Part shown: piece by piece, positions 1-10,389 of the stretch
Position numbering within the stretch: the stretch's first letter is position 1
How the letters are laid out: each line of letters starts with the position of its first letter
Program-made: the position numbers and the translations under genes
IMG/VR virus record: IMGVR_UViG_3300026078_000017
Location: 186,001-250,000 of that record
Length of the DNA: 64,000 bases
Strand: one strand, 5' to 3'
The notes under the pieces: generated by a model
The model's input: only the letters and a program-made list of their open reading frames with translations
What the model was told of the DNA's origin: nothing
Database searches by the model: none

Positions 1-3000
1 GAGAGATTCTGTCTGAAAGATTCTTGGAGAATCCAGCCGGAATACCAACGGTAAGGATTTTCACCTTTTGATCGGCACTAGTCTTGTGAGAGTATGTTGG
101 TTGTTGAAGCATCGACAGAAGAGCGTTGAACTCTGGGACTGGGATTCTGTCCGTTACCAAATAACCGCTGTTTGCCTCAAGAGAAGAGTCGTCTAGAGAC
201 GTGTCAGAGATTTTATCGTTATAGTTGTCAAACAACCAAGAACTGACTCTTACTTGAGAAGGGTTTCTGACAAGGTCAAAATCTTGAATGGTTGTTCCTG
301 TCGTTGCAAGGAAGTTTTGCAAGGAAGTCTTCGTGAAAGTGTGGATGACTGTTTCCTTGGTTGCCAAAAGACGAGAAGAAATCACACTGTAGATGTGGAG
401 GATGTTCTTGATGGTCTTGTCTTCATCATCCAACTTAGATCTGTTGCCAACAATGGTTTTTCTCAACTCCAACAACTGGGTGGATTCCTGAACATTAATC
501 AAGCCAATCGTGGTGTTTGAAAATACCTTACCAAATCCAAATTTTGGAGTATTGATGATGGTTGACAGATTTGGCAAGTTTAAAGTATTGCTCTTCACGC
601 CAGGCGAGAAAATAGGTGGAACGAGACTTGGGTTATTTACTCCAACTTGACCAGAGACATTTGGAAGTCGTGGCTTTTCATTTGACAAGTCAAAGTTAAA
701 CAAGGAGAATGGAGCTTGTGGAGCTGGTGTTGACGTTGTTAGATTTTGAATGTTTAGTCCACTAGCAACTTTGGTTGTTGCTCTTGTGGCTACAAATAGA
801 ATCTTGGCTGCCACAATATCCTTGAGTATTTTCACCACTCCATCTGACATGGAAGTATCAACCGTAAGACTACCCTCAACAAGTGAACTGTCCTTGTTGA
901 AAGAAGCAAAGGTATACCTGTTGGCAAAAGCCGACATTGTTTCAAAAATAAACAAAAGCAATGTACTTGTACTGAAGTAGTTCTGTCTTGTTCTTCCAGT
1001 GCCATCCTGAAGAGTGTAAACTGGGTTGGAACTTATAGAAGCATTCTGGTCAAGTTTGACAGCAATATCCACGAACTCCTTGCAGAGATTTGTAGACGAG
1101 GGTCCAATTGCTGCAACGTTGTTGAGTAAGGTTTCTCTGATTTCTCCACGTCTAAAAGACATGAAGTAACCATTTCTGTTCAAGGTAATTAGAATTCTGT
1201 TGGAGTTTAAAATTTGAGCTGCCACACCAACAGAACCTAAAGTCTGAGTTGGAGCAGAAATATTAGGAGAGAGAACGGTTGGTCTTAGAGAAGGAACACT
1301 CTTGGTGTATCCCTTCTTCAGCAAAGAAGTATTGAGGGTGCTTGTCAGAGAAAACACCTTGGTTTCAATTGCATCAACAACTGCCTCGATATATGGTCGA
1401 AGACCAGATTGACCACCAAAAAAGTTTGTGTTGTCGTTAGGAGAAACATTGGCAAACTTCAAAGCCTGAACTGTACCAAGTTCTGAACCGAGATTTTGAA
1501 AAATGCTCTTTTGGTCAGTTGGAGTCAAGGATGACAACCCAAGGAGCAACAGATATTCGAACAACATGTTCTTCAGGGTTGTGTCTGAGTTTGCAAGTCT
1601 CAACAAGGCTACAGAAATAGCCTGACTTCTGTTGATGCCGGAACTGTTGACAAGTCCAGCCATTGCCTCAGCTAGACCATTGAGGAAAATGTCATAAGTT
1701 GCCGTTGGAGACAAAGAAGAACCTTGGTTCAACTCCAAAAGATTTTCAATGATGTTTTTCGTGTCACTTGTAATCTGATTAAACTGACTGACGAAGGTCA
1801 CATAAGGTTGAGTGTTGAAGCCATTTGCATCTACCGTCAAAATCGTGTCAACGAAGTAGGTACTGCCAGGAACGTACACACGTCTATCGGCATCGGAGTC
1901 CACATACAGACTTTCAAATGGCAGCACAAGGTTTGTGGTGTCTACATTAAACAACGTCATGGATGCCAAGGAGTTTGGTCCACGTGGGTCATTGAAAATG
2001 GTGTCACCTACATCGCCCAAGATATTATCGAAAGGATCACCATTGTCATCCTGAGCATACTTAGCCTGAAGATTTCTGGCATTTTCTGCTCTGCCCATTT
2101 GTTTAGAAACTCTAAGTTCCTTTGACAAGAAGTGGACAAGAAGCTTGATACGGTCATCTGGGTTGGATGGCAAGGAGTTGAGAAACTGATTAAAGAAAGC
2201 TGACTCGTTTGCATTACGAGGTGTATTTGGAGATCTTACGCTTGAAGGAGTAAATGTAAATCCATTGGTTTGGGTGTATGTCTTGTCAATGTTGACAGGA
2301 CTTGTGTCTGAAGCTCTGTCAGAATCCACAAGGTCAAACAAGGACAAAGAATACCCCTCAAGGATGTTCTTGAAATCTGAGGTAAGTTGGTTGATGATTT
2401 TCGAGTCTGAGAAGTTGGCAAACTTGCTTTTTGGATACTGCATCTTGCGTTCATAGAAGTCAGCAAGGGTCAAGTAGTTTGCAGTGTCGAAGGATGTGTT
2501 TGGAATGCTCTTTGGGTCAAGAGACGTGTTCACAGCCTCGATTTTATCAATCAAAGTTCCATAGTAGTTCAAAATGGTCTTGGTTGAGTTTAGACCATTA
2601 GCAAAGCTTGACTTAATTGAGTCAAGTTGGGCTTTGAACTGAGTGTTGTTTCTCATGTCCCCAATAAGACGTTCAAGTGTAATGGCTCTAACTTCGTTCG
2701 CCTGGAATTGAGACTTTAGAAGCTGCTCTGCGGTCTCAGTTGGGTCCTTGGAACTAAGTCTACCACTTCCATCAACCGGAACGAAGTTCATTATAGACAA
2801 GATCTCTGGCCGAAACACAGAAATGCCGTTTTGTTCAACAGCCTGAAACTTACCATTAGTAAATCTAAACTGGGAGACTCTAAGGGTATCTTGCGTGTAC
2901 TGTTTGGCACGTGAAAGAATGATTGGGGGAACGAATCTCAACACAGGCGGAAGAGGAATGTTTCTAACAATAGAAGGAGAGATTGTTTGTGGGCTTATGT

Positions 3001-3166
3001 TTCTGGCTGTGACAATGGCTCCAATTGTTCCTGCGCGGGAACTTGGACCAATGACGGTTGCAGAACTTGGTGTAGTTTTAGCCGCAGCAGGAGCCGAAAC
3101 CGACTGCTGTGAAACTTGACCCATTGGAGCTGGACTGCCCCTTACACCTATGCCAAAAGTACCCAT
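1..3166 (-). CDS. Large virion structural protein, partial (at least 1055 aa, runs off left edge)
   Basis: Absent from the ORF track. Manual translation from ATG at 3166 (TAATG overlap with the upstream stop) gives MGTFGIGVRGSPAPMGQVSQQ..., open with no stop to position 2. Lies at the end of the baseplate operon. Confidence 0.8.
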   Translation of the reverse strand, partial: MGTFGIGVRGSPAPMGQVSQQSVSAPAAAKTTPSSATVIGPSSRAGTIGAIVTARNISPQTISPSIVRNIPLPPVLRFVPPIILSRAKQYTQDTLRVSQFRFTNGKFQAVEQNGISVFRPEILSIMNFVPVDGSGRLSSKDPTETAEQLLKSQFQANEVRAITLERLIGDMRNNTQFKAQLDSIKSSFANGLNSTKTILNYYGTLIDKIEAVNTSLDPKSIPNTSFDTANYLTLADFYERKMQYPKSKFANFSDSKIINQLTSDFKNILEGYSLSLFDLVDSDRASDTSPVNIDKTYTQTNGFTFTPSSVRSPNTPRNANESAFFNQFLNSLPSNPDDRIKLLVHFLSKELRVSKQMGRAENARNLQAKYAQDDNGDPFDNILGDVGDTIFNDPRGPNSLASMTLFNVDTTNLVLPFESLYVDSDADRRVYVPGSTYFVDTILTVDANGFNTQPYVTFVSQFNQITSDTKNIIENLLELNQGSSLSPTATYDIFLNGLAEAMAGLVNSSGINRSQAISVALLRLANSDTTLKNMLFEYLLLLGLSSLTPTDQKSIFQNLGSELGTVQALKFANVSPNDNTNFFGGQSGLRPYIEAVVDAIETKVFSLTSTLNTSLLKKGYTKSVPSLRPTVLSPNISAPTQTLGSVGVAAQILNSNRILITLNRNGYFMSFRRGEIRETLLNNVAAIGPSSTNLCKEFVDIAVKLDQNASISSNPVYTLQDGTGRTRQNYFSTSTLLLFIFETMSAFANRYTFASFNKDSSLVEGSLTVDTSMSDGVVKILKDIVAAKILFVATRATTKVASGLNIQNLTTSTPAPQAPFSLFNFDLSNEKPRLPNVSGQVGVNNPSLVPPIFSPGVKSNTLNLPNLSTIINTPKFGFGKVFSNTTIGLINVQESTQLLELRKTIVGNRSKLDDEDKTIKNILHIYSVISSRLLATKETVIHTFTKTSLQNFLATTGTTIQDFDLVRNPSQVRVSSWLFDNYNDKISDTSLDDSSLEANSGYLVTDRIPVPEFNALLSMLQQPTYSHKTSADQKVKILTVGIPAGFSKNLSDRIS

Positions 3167-5631
3167 TAGATAAACACTTCGTTCGTTGCTACTTCTGTTC
3201 CTCTACTAAAGTCATAGAAAACCGGAACAATGTAGTATGTCAGTTTTCCATGCTCGCCGTCTGTCAAATTATCCACAAACTGGAAATAGTTGGACTCAGA
3301 AATGTTGTGGGACTTGCCAACGACCGTTCTCATACCTACCATTTCCATGATAACTATGAAGTGGTCGATTTTTGTGACACTTCCTTGGATTCTCCACTGA
3401 ACCAAAATCGAACTTTTACCAAACTTTTGAGCAGATGCCTGGGCAATGGATGGCAAAATGTTTGCCAAGGAGACGTTTGTCGTGACAATGTTGCCAACCG
3501 AACCAAAGGAGAAGACGTTCTGGGAGTGATTTCTGGTAAGAGAGTTAGGACTTACCAAAGAACCTTTGTTGAGGGTAACAGGATGATACCACTTTGAAGG
3601 AGTAAGGTTGTAAGACTGGTTCTGAGAAGTAACAACCGTACGTGATACTGTGTTTAGGGTAGTTTCGGCACTTCTGAAATATGTCGTGACAGCGTATCGG
3701 TATTCAAATCCAGCTTCCAAAACCTTGACTCCCTGAACCTTTCCAAACTTCTTGTCTGAGAAGTCGGTTTCAGAAATTATGCCAAAGTCTTCTACCTCAC
3801 CCGTGGTAACGTTGGTACGCTTTACGTTATAGGCGATAATGTTTTGAAGTTTTTCTTTCTCGTCACCAACAGCTTTTTGGAAGAAGTCTAGGAGTCCTTG
3901 TTTTGCCAAGGTTGACTTGATTAGGTCCATGTTGGTAGGAATAAGGGAGGAGTTCAAGGTAAACTGAACGTCAATCTCTGAGTCATTTTGGACAACAAGT
4001 GGCTTAGAAAGACTTGTTTCAACAATATTCGCAGTTACTGGTTCATACTTGATGATCAGGTTGTTGGCTCCACGTTCTATTGACCCATCTGGGTACAGAA
4101 GTTGAACTTGATACTCATAGATTCGGTCTTCTTGAACGTCATTGTCTGTGAGGAACAATGGAGCAGAGGTCTCTTCGTTTGTAATAAGAGACGACTTAAC
4201 CACAAGCGAAAAATCTTCCTCGAAAATGGTAAGGTTCCTCTTTAGAAGTGACACCAAACACACTCCTGATGGAATATCGCGGATTTCGATAGAAATCGCA
4301 TTTGTGACAATTTCCCCTAACAAGGAAACGAAGTTATGTCTTCGTTGATACTTGTTTGCATTGCGAGGTCTCTGGATTCCCTTGGCTCCAGAAGAGGAGA
4401 ACTCTCCCGACTTTATGTTGTGAGAGTTATAAGGGATTGCTCTATAGAGGATTGTGTTGAAGTTGTTAACGACATCTTCCATACGTTGGAAGTCTTGTCC
4501 ATAAGTTGCATTTATGTTACCAATGAAGGTATAAGCCGCATCCACATTTGGAATGCTCTTCTTTATTTCCTTACGATATACGGCAACTCCTACGGCTGTA
4601 GGATCAAGTTGCTTAACCTGCACAACGTTCTTGCCAGGAAGTCCTGTCTGAAGAATCTGAATGCTTGGCGGAATCGTAGGAATCTGAAGATTTGCGACAT
4701 TCTTTGCGTGTGGCACAGAAATCGTAATGGTCTGGACAGGAACATTTAGGTTGTTCGTGAGTTGCAACACCAAAAAGAACTCATCAAGTTGCAACAAGCC
4801 AATTGGAATATAAAGATATTCTTGAATATCAAGGGTAGTACGAGGACTGTCTACAACCACGTTCACGTAGTCAGTAGAACGTAACTGAAGATGCGTTGAG
4901 GGATTGATTTCGTTTACCAGGTTTCCGGTCAAGGAAACCTTCTGTACGTCGCTCAAGTTCATCTGCTTGAGTACTGGGTTAGGTTGAGCTGTAACGCCTC
5001 CAGAGACCTTCTTGGCGCTCTGAATGGTCCTTGTAGGAGCACCTGAGATCTGTGCAGGATCTACACCCTTAGAAGCCAGTTGTAAGGATACATTTTTGGC
5101 AATGCTTGTGTTTCTTACCAATCCTGGAGACAGGATTGCTGTGGAGATGTTGTTCTCCAGCACAGGCATGATAATGTTTGAGTTCGTGATTTCCTGTACA
5201 GACTTCAACTTTACCAACTTGTCCTTCTTCAGGGTAACTTCCGGAACCAAGGTTTGAATGGCAGGTTTTAGGGTAAGTTGAGTTGTCTTGTCGTTTGGAA
5301 TCTTGGCACTAATATCCGAAATATAAGTGAAGAACACATTTGAAACCTGTCCTCTGGACTGGTCTTTGTTGTTCGAACTCTTTTTCAGAATATTGCTGAT
5401 TAACTGGTCTGGATTGAATGAAGTCAGAATTTTCTGTGGTTGGTTGGTAATCGGCTTTGAGGAAGCCAACATCTTTACCAATATAGACTTATTTTGGATA
5501 GCCTTACGAGGGTCTGTTCTGTAGTTCACCTCATACTTGAAGTAACCATCAGATGTGATTTCAAGCAAATGTACCGCCCCATCTTCTGGGACGTCAATGA
5601 TGTTGGTTTGCTTTTTAAGTGAGACCTTCAT
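3166..5631 (-). CDS. Virion protein with FN3/Ig-like domains (821 aa)
   Basis: Beta-rich segments with FN3-type YxYxV strands (YEYQVQLLY, YRYAVTTYF, YYIVPVF); baseplate operon context. Confidence 0.6.
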   Translation of the reverse strand: MKVSLKKQTNIIDVPEDGAVHLLEITSDGYFKYEVNYRTDPRKAIQNKSILVKMLASSKPITNQPQKILTSFNPDQLISNILKKSSNNKDQSRGQVSNVFFTYISDISAKIPNDKTTQLTLKPAIQTLVPEVTLKKDKLVKLKSVQEITNSNIIMPVLENNISTAILSPGLVRNTSIAKNVSLQLASKGVDPAQISGAPTRTIQSAKKVSGGVTAQPNPVLKQMNLSDVQKVSLTGNLVNEINPSTHLQLRSTDYVNVVVDSPRTTLDIQEYLYIPIGLLQLDEFFLVLQLTNNLNVPVQTITISVPHAKNVANLQIPTIPPSIQILQTGLPGKNVVQVKQLDPTAVGVAVYRKEIKKSIPNVDAAYTFIGNINATYGQDFQRMEDVVNNFNTILYRAIPYNSHNIKSGEFSSSGAKGIQRPRNANKYQRRHNFVSLLGEIVTNAISIEIRDIPSGVCLVSLLKRNLTIFEEDFSLVVKSSLITNEETSAPLFLTDNDVQEDRIYEYQVQLLYPDGSIERGANNLIIKYEPVTANIVETSLSKPLVVQNDSEIDVQFTLNSSLIPTNMDLIKSTLAKQGLLDFFQKAVGDEKEKLQNIIAYNVKRTNVTTGEVEDFGIISETDFSDKKFGKVQGVKVLEAGFEYRYAVTTYFRSAETTLNTVSRTVVTSQNQSYNLTPSKWYHPVTLNKGSLVSPNSLTRNHSQNVFSFGSVGNIVTTNVSLANILPSIAQASAQKFGKSSILVQWRIQGSVTKIDHFIVIMEMVGMRTVVGKSHNISESNYFQFVDNLTDGEHGKLTYYIVPVFYDFSRGTEVATNEVFI

Positions 5632-5645
5632 GTCGTATAAGTAGA

Positions 5646-6590
5646 TTATTCGAATATTAACGAAAACATGTTGACGAAAGTTGTTGTGCCAGTGTCATCA
5701 ATAAACACTTTTCCAACGAAAAACACATGTTTTGTTGGGAATTCTATATCATTTGGAACCGTAAATAGACCAAAGTCGATAACATCTAGTTTTGTTATGG
5801 CATTTCCAGCCACTTCGAACATTTGACATACCAAGTTGTTCTGTCTGGAGGTCTGAAGGAAGGTCACCGTTTGCTTAAATCCAAGTTGATCACTATACCT
5901 AAACTCATTTTCAAGGTCATCATTGGTTAGGATTGGTGCTTGACCAAGGCTTGGGAAGACGCCAAGGGAAGACGTTGTGTTGCCGATTCTAGCTTTATTC
6001 ACAGGTGGCAAATACTTGAAATTGGGCACATGCGAGAGTCTCTTGTCCATGAAAAGACTTTCAATGCTGTTCACCTTGACACTTTGAAGAGCACTTGCTG
6101 AAATAGGAAGGTTGTTGGTAACCGTAAACTTCAGATTGTCATTTCCAATAAGGAACTCGTTAAATCTCTGGTCGAAGAAGTCTGGAGAACCCAACACACG
6201 CAACCTGGAGAAGGCATCAATCGAGGCAGAAGTCAAGAGGTCCCCTGACAAACTTGCAAAGTCAGACCCGGTTACAAACTGTCCAAGACTTCCAGAAAAA
6301 AGCTGACCTGCCTGAATGGTTAGGCCAGAGCTTCTAAAAGCCATGAGTTTGCCAGAGTCATCAGCCTCGAAAGTCACCTGGTCTTGTGGCAAGGAAGTAG
6401 CCTCAAAACAAATACGATAGGTTTCGTCCAGGTGAGATCCTGTGTTGATGGTGTCTGTGTTGTAAATGGCAAATGCATCAGTAAAGCTGTAGTACTCAGC
6501 CTTCATTTTACCAGATGCGAACTGACGGCGACCTTCCTGGGTTACGAAGGTGTCGAAAATGCGAGTCTTTGCGTCGAGTATTCCAGCCAT
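5646..6590 (-). CDS. Baseplate wedge / tail-collar-like protein (314 aa)
   Basis: N-terminal DTFVTQEGRRQFASG...YYSFTD resembles the T-x-x-G-R-x-x-x-A-x-G start of tail-collar/wedge proteins; operon position. Confidence 0.5.
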   Translation of the reverse strand: MAGILDAKTRIFDTFVTQEGRRQFASGKMKAEYYSFTDAFAIYNTDTINTGSHLDETYRICFEATSLPQDQVTFEADDSGKLMAFRSSGLTIQAGQLFSGSLGQFVTGSDFASLSGDLLTSASIDAFSRLRVLGSPDFFDQRFNEFLIGNDNLKFTVTNNLPISASALQSVKVNSIESLFMDKRLSHVPNFKYLPPVNKARIGNTTSSLGVFPSLGQAPILTNDDLENEFRYSDQLGFKQTVTFLQTSRQNNLVCQMFEVAGNAITKLDVIDFGLFTVPNDIEFPTKHVFFVGKVFIDDTGTTTFVNMFSLIFE

Positions 6591-6598
6591 TTTGTTAA

Positions 6599-7801
6599 TT
6601 AGTCAACTGCTTCAATATCAAAGTATGGCTGTCCCACACGTGCATGGATGTCAAATTGACCATTATCACGTGGATTAAACGTGCTTGCTCCAGAAGCAAT
6701 TAGGTCCAGACTAGCTGAGTTGTAGACTTGTGTTCCGCTGAGGAACGAAATCATAACTGGATAGTCAAGGGTTATGTTGTCTGAGGAAATGGTTGCGCCA
6801 TAAGGTGAAGTTTCCAAAAGGTCTCGGAAGAAACCAAAGTGGGTACGTCTGAAGACGTATTTTGGATTCACTGGGTTGGCATTCAGGACGCCATACTTGA
6901 ATCCTCTTAGTCTTGGGTTTGCTATGAAGTACAGATTGTTTGAGTTGCTTTGACTGTTAAACAAGTACACGTCAAATTGAGGCATTGTATGAAAGTTTGG
7001 AAGGGCAACTCTAGATGCCGAAACTGTCAACTCGGTTCCATCTCCGGCACCAAAGAAAACTTTCTTTATAAGGTCGAAGTTGACTGTTGTGAAACCACCA
7101 TTCAAACTAATGCTGGCCGACATGCTTTGACTTATATTGACGCTTGAAAACGAGACTTCTGGATTTGAGTTACAAACCGTTTCAAACCAATAAGAGTTAT
7201 ACCAACTTGGTAGTGTGGCAGAAGCAACACTTACGAAATGTAAGCCACCAAGAACTCTTCCTCCCAAAGCACCAGTAATGTATCCAAGTTGTCTGGTCTG
7301 AAATGTTTGTCTGATGATTTGTTTGTATTTGCTTTGAAATGGAAAACTGACAGGCCAAGGAGATGATGCACTCATGTAAATGTCAATTGCATCATTGTGA
7401 CTAATGGCTTCTGCATTTACGTCTGAATTTCCAAGATAGCCTAAAAGGCTAAAGCTAGCATAGTCTCCACTACGATCTGCAATCTTGGCCATATTTGGCA
7501 TTGTACTATCAAAAAAGATAGCATCTTGATTACTGCAAAACAGGAATCTGTTGTTTCCTTTGACTATGGCTCCAGACACAAACTGAATGAAGTCGTGATA
7601 TCTCCACTTTGGAAGTGTTGTAAAAAGAGAAGATGTTATTCCTGTAGACAGGTCTCCAATAACTTGACGTTTTACGTTATAGATGGAAGCCGAAACAGCA
7701 ATGCTTGAAGTCAAGGTTGACTTGCCAACCACAAACTGTGATGTCATGGAACCGCTAAACTCGGCTTTGAGTTCAAGTCCAAACTGATCAAAAACTGTCA
7801 T
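6599..7801 (-). CDS. Putative virion protein (400 aa), Ser/Thr-rich
   Basis: Long ORF with ATGA overlap in the baseplate operon; many SAS/SGS motifs. Confidence 0.6.
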   Translation of the reverse strand: MTVFDQFGLELKAEFSGSMTSQFVVGKSTLTSSIAVSASIYNVKRQVIGDLSTGITSSLFTTLPKWRYHDFIQFVSGAIVKGNNRFLFCSNQDAIFFDSTMPNMAKIADRSGDYASFSLLGYLGNSDVNAEAISHNDAIDIYMSASSPWPVSFPFQSKYKQIIRQTFQTRQLGYITGALGGRVLGGLHFVSVASATLPSWYNSYWFETVCNSNPEVSFSSVNISQSMSASISLNGGFTTVNFDLIKKVFFGAGDGTELTVSASRVALPNFHTMPQFDVYLFNSQSNSNNLYFIANPRLRGFKYGVLNANPVNPKYVFRRTHFGFFRDLLETSPYGATISSDNITLDYPVMISFLSGTQVYNSASLDLIASGASTFNPRDNGQFDIHARVGQPYFDIEAVD

Positions 7802-9555
7802 TCGATTGCCTCATGAATTGAGTTAGAAAACATGACTTGATTAAAGCCTGAGTTGAACTCAGTTCCTTCTTGAAGGTAAGAACCATAAAGAACAACCTTT
7901 GAGAAACCAGGAGCGATCGTAAGCTGTGCTCCAAAGTTACCACTACCAGTAATGAAAATTCCATCAGGATGTTGACGATCCCAAGTATCTCCCGTGTGAG
8001 GAGATTGCCAACCAAAAATCAACTGATCATTAGGGTACAAAATATATGGATTCAAAATCCAAGAGACGCCATTGATTTGATCTACCAGGCCAGTTGTAGA
8101 GTCGAAAACGCCATGACGTTGGTTGCCAGCAGTTGAATTCAAGAAGTTTCGATTGCCTACAATGGAAGAACTTCCATTTCTAGAATTGGGGAACGTTGGG
8201 ATTGTGTCATAAGTGTCAAACAAGTTACTTCCGCTTCTAATACGAAGGACAGCACCGTTGTCTTGATCTGTGGTAAACAAAGGAGTTGGAGCACAGACCA
8301 CTCCAGAAACAACATACTTGCCTGACCACTTCAACAAGGAACCATCAGGATCATCAGATCGTTGAAATGGAAAAATGATATTTACATTGAGATTTTTCTG
8401 CAAAGCAGGAACAATAGAAATATCTCTGGTTGCTGGATCTGTGGAAAAAGCTCCGGTGCCTGGTGTAAAGATAGGAAGACAGGCAACAATGTCCATCGTA
8501 CCTGAGTTATGGGAAACGGTGTAAGAAGCTGTTGTGTTTGAGAAACTGGTTGGCCCAGGATTTAAGACTACCGTTTCATTAACACTTCCATTTTTACGTT
8601 GGTTCAAAATAAAGAAGAAACTGGTACCTGAACCCAAGGCACCACCACTCCAGTTACATACAAGGTCACCAGAATTAAAGCTTCCAGTAAACTGAACGGC
8701 TACAGCTTCTACCAAAAATGGTCTTCGAAGTTTATTACTCATCGAGTAAAGAATCGAAGAAGAAACTCCAGTGTCTGGAACGAAGTACTTGTCAGCAAAA
8801 GGAAATCCATGTTCCTTGAATGGACGTACTGCCGAAAGCAATTCCATGTTAGGAAGAGCGTTCGTGTAAATGCCAGAAAAGGCACCAAATCCAATTGCTT
8901 TTTCTTTGTACCAAGGAACAATACCGACAGAACCTGTGGCAAGTGCCTGAGAAACGTAGTAGGTTGCCACACGTGGACTTCCAACAGGCTGCCAAGAAGC
9001 AGACCCATGGTTATAATAAGCCATTGTGTATGACTCTGAAATAGCAGGACCCCAGGCATCCCCAAGTGTTCTTGAGGCTACAGCCGAAAGATTGATTTCA
9101 ATCTTTTGTTTGCTCCACAAAGGACTACCAAAACCAATAATCTGAGTTCCGCTTGAGTACAACTGCAAGTTCTGAGACTTACCATCTACAGCAAACTGAT
9201 CATTATCGATAAATGGGTTGATGTTAGAACTGGAAGTATAGTATTTTGGGATATCCAGAAACACGTCAGAGATACCAGCGGCTACATAACCTGAACCTGT
9301 AATAGAAGGCAATAGTCCAGAACTAGAAATAGCAGGAATATAACTTGACCCAGTTGGGACGTTCAAACCATAATAAACATTTCTTTTGTTAAAGACGATA
9401 GTTTCAGTTTGATCATTAAATGGGCTTACGGTGGTTGTTACACCAATGGTTTTGGAAATAACTGGAGGATAACTGCCTGTTGTGCTGTCCTGAATGGTTA
9501 GTCTTACCTTGGGTGGAAGTCCTCTAATGGTTGTTCTTTTTTCGGTTCTTGCCAT
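7798..9555 (-). CDS. Putative virion protein (585 aa), Ser/Thr/Gly-rich
   Basis: Long ORF in the baseplate operon; many TGS/SGS motifs. Confidence 0.6.
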   Translation of the reverse strand: MARTEKRTTIRGLPPKVRLTIQDSTTGSYPPVISKTIGVTTTVSPFNDQTETIVFNKRNVYYGLNVPTGSSYIPAISSSGLLPSITGSGYVAAGISDVFLDIPKYYTSSSNINPFIDNDQFAVDGKSQNLQLYSSGTQIIGFGSPLWSKQKIEINLSAVASRTLGDAWGPAISESYTMAYYNHGSASWQPVGSPRVATYYVSQALATGSVGIVPWYKEKAIGFGAFSGIYTNALPNMELLSAVRPFKEHGFPFADKYFVPDTGVSSSILYSMSNKLRRPFLVEAVAVQFTGSFNSGDLVCNWSGGALGSGTSFFFILNQRKNGSVNETVVLNPGPTSFSNTTASYTVSHNSGTMDIVACLPIFTPGTGAFSTDPATRDISIVPALQKNLNVNIIFPFQRSDDPDGSLLKWSGKYVVSGVVCAPTPLFTTDQDNGAVLRIRSGSNLFDTYDTIPTFPNSRNGSSSIVGNRNFLNSTAGNQRHGVFDSTTGLVDQINGVSWILNPYILYPNDQLIFGWQSPHTGDTWDRQHPDGIFITGSGNFGAQLTIAPGFSKVVLYGSYLQEGTEFNSGFNQVMFSNSIHEAIE

Positions 9556-9557
9556 TG

Positions 9558-10388
9558 TTAACTGCCCCTAACCGTTCCCAGAAATGTAATAGAGTCTGTG
9601 CCGTAAATTGCTGAATCTCTACCATAAACGAAAGTATTTGTGTTAGCGGACCTGGTGCGACTTGGACGCAAGTCGCCATTGAGGTTCATATCCATGTTGT
9701 TTAGAACGCTCAGGAGGTCGCTGGTGGCACTTGTGGTCTGGGGAAGGGCGTTGATGGTCGTGTCGTTAAAAGCCCGTATAAGGCGTTCCTGGCCGAACGT
9801 ATAGCCATCTATGACGATACCATTCGAGATAGGACCCCAAACAGCCTCACCTTCATCCAAGAAGAACCTTTGCTGAATAGGGTCATCATATTCCTTGAAC
9901 TGGGTGGTTCTGTTGGCATTCTTGAAGATTGTGTCAAAGTCATTGCCATCTTCAACTTGACCAGCTACCCTGTGAGCGTAAAATGGACCTTCATTGCCAT
10001 TTTTCCTGAATGGGATCGTCAAAGGCATGATAATGGTTTCCTCTTCCTCTTGAGGACCATCATTGAACACGATAGGAAGTGGGTAGTTCATTCCCAGAAC
10101 AATAAAACTAACCGGGTCGAACTCTGGCAAGTCTTGGAACAAGGGAGAGTTCTCATACTCCGTGAAAGACCTTGCCTGACCAATGGTGTGAATATCCACA
10201 ACGTGGTCAAGGTCACCAGACCAAATTTTAGGTTGAGTAGAGAAGAATCTATGACGATTTGTGGTAATTTCCACACCTTGACGGTAGGCGTCAATAGCCA
10301 AGGTATCACTTCCACCAGTGTCTGAGTCTGTTGGAATGTAAATTACCTGTTGTGAGTCGTCAAATGGTGTAAATTCGTTAGAAGACAT
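9558..10388 (-). CDS. Putative virion protein (276 aa)
   Basis: Tiles the operon with 1-2 nt gaps; acidic. Confidence 0.6.
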   Translation of the reverse strand: MSSNEFTPFDDSQQVIYIPTDSDTGGSDTLAIDAYRQGVEITTNRHRFFSTQPKIWSGDLDHVVDIHTIGQARSFTEYENSPLFQDLPEFDPVSFIVLGMNYPLPIVFNDGPQEEEETIIMPLTIPFRKNGNEGPFYAHRVAGQVEDGNDFDTIFKNANRTTQFKEYDDPIQQRFFLDEGEAVWGPISNGIVIDGYTFGQERLIRAFNDTTINALPQTTSATSDLLSVLNNMDMNLNGDLRPSRTRSANTNTFVYGRDSAIYGTDSITFLGTVRGS

Positions 10389-10389
10389 A

